Of a DNA stretch of 64,000 nucleotides, positions 59,670 to 64,000 are shown one piece after another. How positions within the stretch are numbered: position 1 is the first letter of the stretch; each line of letters starts with the position of its first letter. The notes under the pieces are model-generated. The model was not told the DNA's origin. It searched no databases and saw only the letters and a list, made by a program, of their open reading frames with translations. The DNA is from Neoechinorhynchus agilis (Eukaryota > Animalia > Acanthocephala), in contig CM121341.1 of assembly GCA_051530055.1 (NCBI GenBank), positions 11,882,784-11,946,783 of the forward strand, read 5' to 3'. Position numbers and translations under genes: made by a program.

Positions 59670-61917
59670 AAGCTGTTTGCCCATGGTCTCCGGGATCTCC
59701 GCTGTAGCGGTGTCTGGTTCTCCACCACAATCAACCGATATGTTTATGCCTGGGACCTCTCAGATCACCACTAACTCTATTTGGCTACCTAATATCGTGC
59801 GGTTTCTGCCCAAGAACGTCCTGAAACGGATCCCAAATGGCGCACGATATCAGGTCGCCAAAGCATTTACGGGATTGCTCAACGATTGTCTCTAAAAGAA
59901 CTGTACGCCACCATGGAAATGGCTCTTCGCATTCCCGCGCTTAGTCCTTTGCACCATGTGATGATTCTGGGGTGTTTTTGACATCAACAATCAAAGAAAG
60001 AGTGGCCTCCTTCGATCGGATATTTAACAATTTCGAAATGAAATTTCGCAAGGTTCGTAAGGGACCCACGAAGGAAAGGTTTCTTTGCCGTTTTTCAAAG
60101 CGATCCCTGACTGAACGTGTCTCTCCGAAGCTTGCGGACGGAGATGTTCGGGGGCTGTTCGGTTATTGTCATCCTCCCAGAGTTTTGCACAAGGAGACAA
60201 CGCGGCACTACAAATACTTCGATCAAAACACCCATGCAGTAGTGACAGTTTTGAAATTCCACCTCCTCCCATACAAGACAGGACACCCACTCAAATTTTA
60301 GAGTTAAAAAAGGCCATCTCACCTTTCGCAACTGGTTCGGGTCATGGGCTTGACGGTCTAAGGCCTCAGCACCTAAAGGGCTTGATATCCTTTACTACTG
60401 GTGAAGCAGCTCTCTCTAGAAAGTGCGCTTTCTCGGTTAGTCGACCGTCTGACTGAAGAGGATTTGAGTCCCGTTGCAAAAGACCTATTTTTCGGAGCAT
60501 CATTATGTGCCCTCACAAAAAAAGAAGGCGGGATTCGTCCCATCGCCGTATCTTCGACGATACGCCGACTTGCAGGAAAAATTCTCTGTAAACTTATCAC
60601 AGAGAAAACTGCGCAGCAACTTCGACCAGACCAACCGGGCTGCTGCACATCCTGGGGAGCGGAAGCTATTGTCCATGCGCTCCGAAACTTTACTACGAGG
60701 AGTTCAGCGCCGTGCGTGATTCTTAAGTGTGATTTCCAGAATGCCTTTAACTCTCTCAATAGAGAAAGCATGTTCTGCGCAATTAGGGATCACGCATTAG
60801 AAGCCTTCCAGTATTTTCTCAATGCCTACGGGACCGTGACTCGTTTGCTTTTCGAAGACCACCTCATTTGGTCCGAAAGAGGAGTGCAACAAGGAGATCC
60901 TCTCGGTCCAATCGCATTCTCCCTAATGGTAAATCCAATGGCGCAGTCTCGTCATTCCAGCTTCAATGCTTGGTACTTGGATGACGCTACGCTCTGAGGT
61001 GATCCCTCCGTTGTATTGCGCGATTTGCAGACGCTGATTAGCGAGACTGCGAAATTGAGCGTTGAGCTTAATGTTGGAAAGTGTGAGCTCATAGTATTAA
61101 ATATCGAAGACGCCGCCAAAGAAAAGGAGCTAATGGATGGGTTCGGGCCGTAGCTCCAAGTCTGAAACTCGTGACTCCAGAGCAACTCAGCCTCCTGGGT
61201 AGTTGCGTCTTTGATTCAAATGTGGAAGCTGAGATCGGCCGTATCATACCAGAACTTTCGTTGCTGTGCGATAAGGTGAGCGCCCTCTTGGTTCACGAAG
61301 CGTTATTTCTGATAAAGAACTCACTCTTTATCCCCAAATTGTTATATAAGGACCGCACAGCAACATGCTTCAAACATAAGGAAGGGTTGGCTATGCTCGA
61401 CAACACGGTGTGGGCTTATCTCGTACGTATTTTAAATGTCCAGCTCTGAGATGAGGCGTGGCGACAAGCTTTATTGCCCGTATCATCTGGGGGATTGGGC
61501 ACTCGGGCGCTAATAGACCTTGCCAGCCTTTCTTGGGTCGTATGAGGGGAGTCAACCGGAAGCGAAGATAATTCTGAGGGGAAAGTTTTGTCTTGACCAA
61601 GACTTTGTGGTGGCAGCTGAAGAATGCTGCAAACAGACAGGCGCTAACCATGTTCCCGTGAATGGCCTCAGACAGTCAATCTGGGACAGACCTCTCGTCG
61701 CGAGAGCTCACAGCTCTCTACTTTCAGGTTCTCGCGATGGGGCTGTCCGAGCTAGATTGTTGGCAGTTTCGACACGAGAATCGGGGCGTGGTTGGAGGCT
61801 GTTTTTTTGGCATCTGTGGGAACTCTTCTCACTGATGAGGTAACGAGGATCGCAGTGTCGATAAGACTTGGACTCCCGATATGCACACCCCATCGCTGTC
61901 GATGTGGCTCTTTGGTT
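59670..61917 (+). mobile_element. CRE-like RLE non-LTR retrotransposon, decayed, interrupted at its zinc knuckle
   Basis: GSGHGLDGLRPQHL, KKEGGIRPIAVSSTIRRL, DFQNAFNS, GVQQGDPLGP, WYLDD, HRCRCG. Confidence 0.9.
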
Positions 61918-64000
61918 GATATAAACACGTTTTATTAATGTAAGAAAAGCACGATCCACACACTTGCCAACATCTATCTTTGCTAAAGGTGTCTGGATGA
62001 CGGATGTTGAAGGCAAGGGAGGTGGGACTTGTCTTTGAAGGAGTGTTAATGTGCGATCGGAGGCTTTGTACAGGAGATGACCGATTGGGAGTCTTTCCTT
62101 GTTTTCCGGTTATTAAGGAAAGATTGGGATTGGGGGAAGAAAGACTTTTGTTAGAGGGTGGTTCGAGCGAGGGGGGATGAAATAGGTTGGGTTCACGGGT
62201 GTTTACGAGAGAAGAGTATTTAGAGACGAGGGAAGTAAATTGTGGAGGGGGTTGAAGAAGACGGAGGGCGTTTTTGGAGAAAATGGAGTGGAGGTGGGCG
62301 TCGAGGGGAAGGAGTGAAGTTCCGCATATTCTCGCCGCTCTCTTGTGGAAGGTTTCGAGGGAATGGAGAGCATTGGTGGAAAGGGCGAGGAAAGTGGGGA
62401 AGGCGCATGTAAGGATAGCAGAAAGATAAAAGTGAGCAAGGTGTTTAGGGGATACGCCGAGACGCCGGAGGAGTTTGAGAAGGTAAAGATGAGGGTTTGC
62501 TTTTGAGAGGGTAAATGAAATGCGGGCATCCCATTTAAGGTTTTCTTGGAAAGTCAGGCCCAGTATTCGGAGAGAACAGGAGCGTTGGATGGGGAGAGGG
62601 AGAGGCGCGGATATAAGATTGCGTTTGGAAATGTGGGGGACAAGCTCAAAAGATTTGGATAAATTTAGGGATAGTTTAAGGGTGGAGAGCGAGGAAATGA
62701 GATGGTTGAACTCGTCCATGGTAGTGGAGAGGGGATGCGATGGTAATGACTGTGAGGTCATCGGCATAGAGAAAATATTTGGTAGGGGAAGTGAGGGGAT
62801 GAAGGTCATTTAGAAAAATGTCAGAGGAGAGGGGAAAGTACGGCGCCTTGGGGGACCCCTTTAAATATGGGCAGAGAAGAGGAGCAAGAAGTTCCACATT
62901 GGATATATTGTTTGCCGTCGGAGAGGAAAGGGGAAATCCAAGCGAGTTGCCAGGTTGGGAGGCCAAAGGAAGCACATGATTGGAGGAGAAGGGAGTGATC
63001 GACCGACTCGAACGCCCTGGAAATATCCAGCTGCACGAGACGGACGGTTGATGCTGGATTGGAATTTAAGCTGCGCATAAGCGTATCGTAAATGCAGAGC
63101 AGGGCGTTAGAGCAAGAGTAATTGGGACGGAAAGCGAATTGGGAAGGGGAGATGTCTTTGAGGAAGAAGGGAAGTAGGCGGGTTTTGAAACATTTTTCTA
63201 AGATTTTAGAGAAAGGTTAGAGGATAGAGATGGGCCGAAAGGATGTGGGGGAAATCGGTTTATTGTTTTTGGGTAGGGAGACGACACGGGCTTCCTTAAG
63301 ACACGATGAGAAAGAGCCCAATAGAACGCTAAGGTTCGTTATGTGCGTTAGAGGATCGATAAGTTCCGGGATGGTGAAACGAATGGCCAAATTTGGGATA
63401 GTCGAATTAGGGGAAGAATGGTGGGGCAGGCGTTTAAGGATCTCTAGGATTTCGAGAGGGGAAACCAAGGAAGGGCATGTATGAATGGGCGGGTCCGAAA
63501 GTGAGAAGGGAGTTTGGGACAATGGAGAGGAGGTTTGGGGAGGACAGAGGTTTTCATTCATGGTGTTGAGGATTGAGAGGAGATGAGATTTGGGGAGAGA
63601 TGCGAAGGGGTGGATCTACCAAGACCATTGACATTTTTTATTTCACGTCACCAGTTTCGATTGGGAACGGACGAGAGACGAGATGAGAGGAATGCTTTGC
63701 GGGCTATTCGGATGCGTTTGGTCAGTGTGGAGTGGAGGGAGGAGTAAGCTGGATTGCCTGACCGGAAAGCTTTGGTGACCTGCATTTGTAGGGTTTTTAG
63801 AAAAGGCGAGAACCATGGAGGGTCGCGGTTCGAGATTCGTATTGCTTTGCGAGGAAAGGAGGCCTTCATCGCAGATTCTATTAGATTTAACAAAGAGCCC
63901 ATTGCAATCGAGGGGTCGGTGCCAAAGATGGTAGAGCGGTTTTGCGTGATAAGAGAATTGACACATACAGCAAAGGATTGGGAATGATGATCACGTTTAT
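61918..64000 (-). mobile_element. L2-like LINE (RT plus 3' UTR), copy E, runs off the window
   Basis: DPPWF, SFRPISIL, LDISRAFESVD, GVPQGAVLSPLL, LYADD; 3' hairpin and AATAAAACGTGTTTATAT tail; high identity to 20750-21870. Confidence 0.92.

Overview
Compact, AT-rich invertebrate (metazoan) genomic region; I cannot name the species from sequence alone. Recognisable host genes are WDR33/Pfs2, MRPS10, an Lhx3/4-type LIM-homeobox gene, an intronless SLC5 transporter, a kynurenine formamidase (AFMID-like), a REXO1-like exonuclease, an LDLa/TM receptor-like gene, a disco/basonuclin-type zinc finger and NFS1 cysteine desulfurase. Most introns are tiny (about 41-55 nt) GT-AG, with three GC-AG cases. 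Between the genes lie many decayed non-LTR retrotransposons (CRE-like RLE, L2-like, RTE), fold-back MITEs, a 454-bp x14 tandem array and a 129-bp x~20 array. The main unexplained signal is a set of 4 well-supported and 2 candidate insertions that split coding sequences, including the normally essential WDR33 and NFS1. They lack GT/GC-AG or AT-AC ends at the alignment-defined junctions. Instead their two ends base-pair into a stem, often with G-U wobbles, leaving only a few unpaired nt next to each exon. This looks like a hairpin-defined, non-canonical intron system coexisting with spliceosomal introns in an animal. All gene models were assembled by hand and need RNA-seq confirmation.
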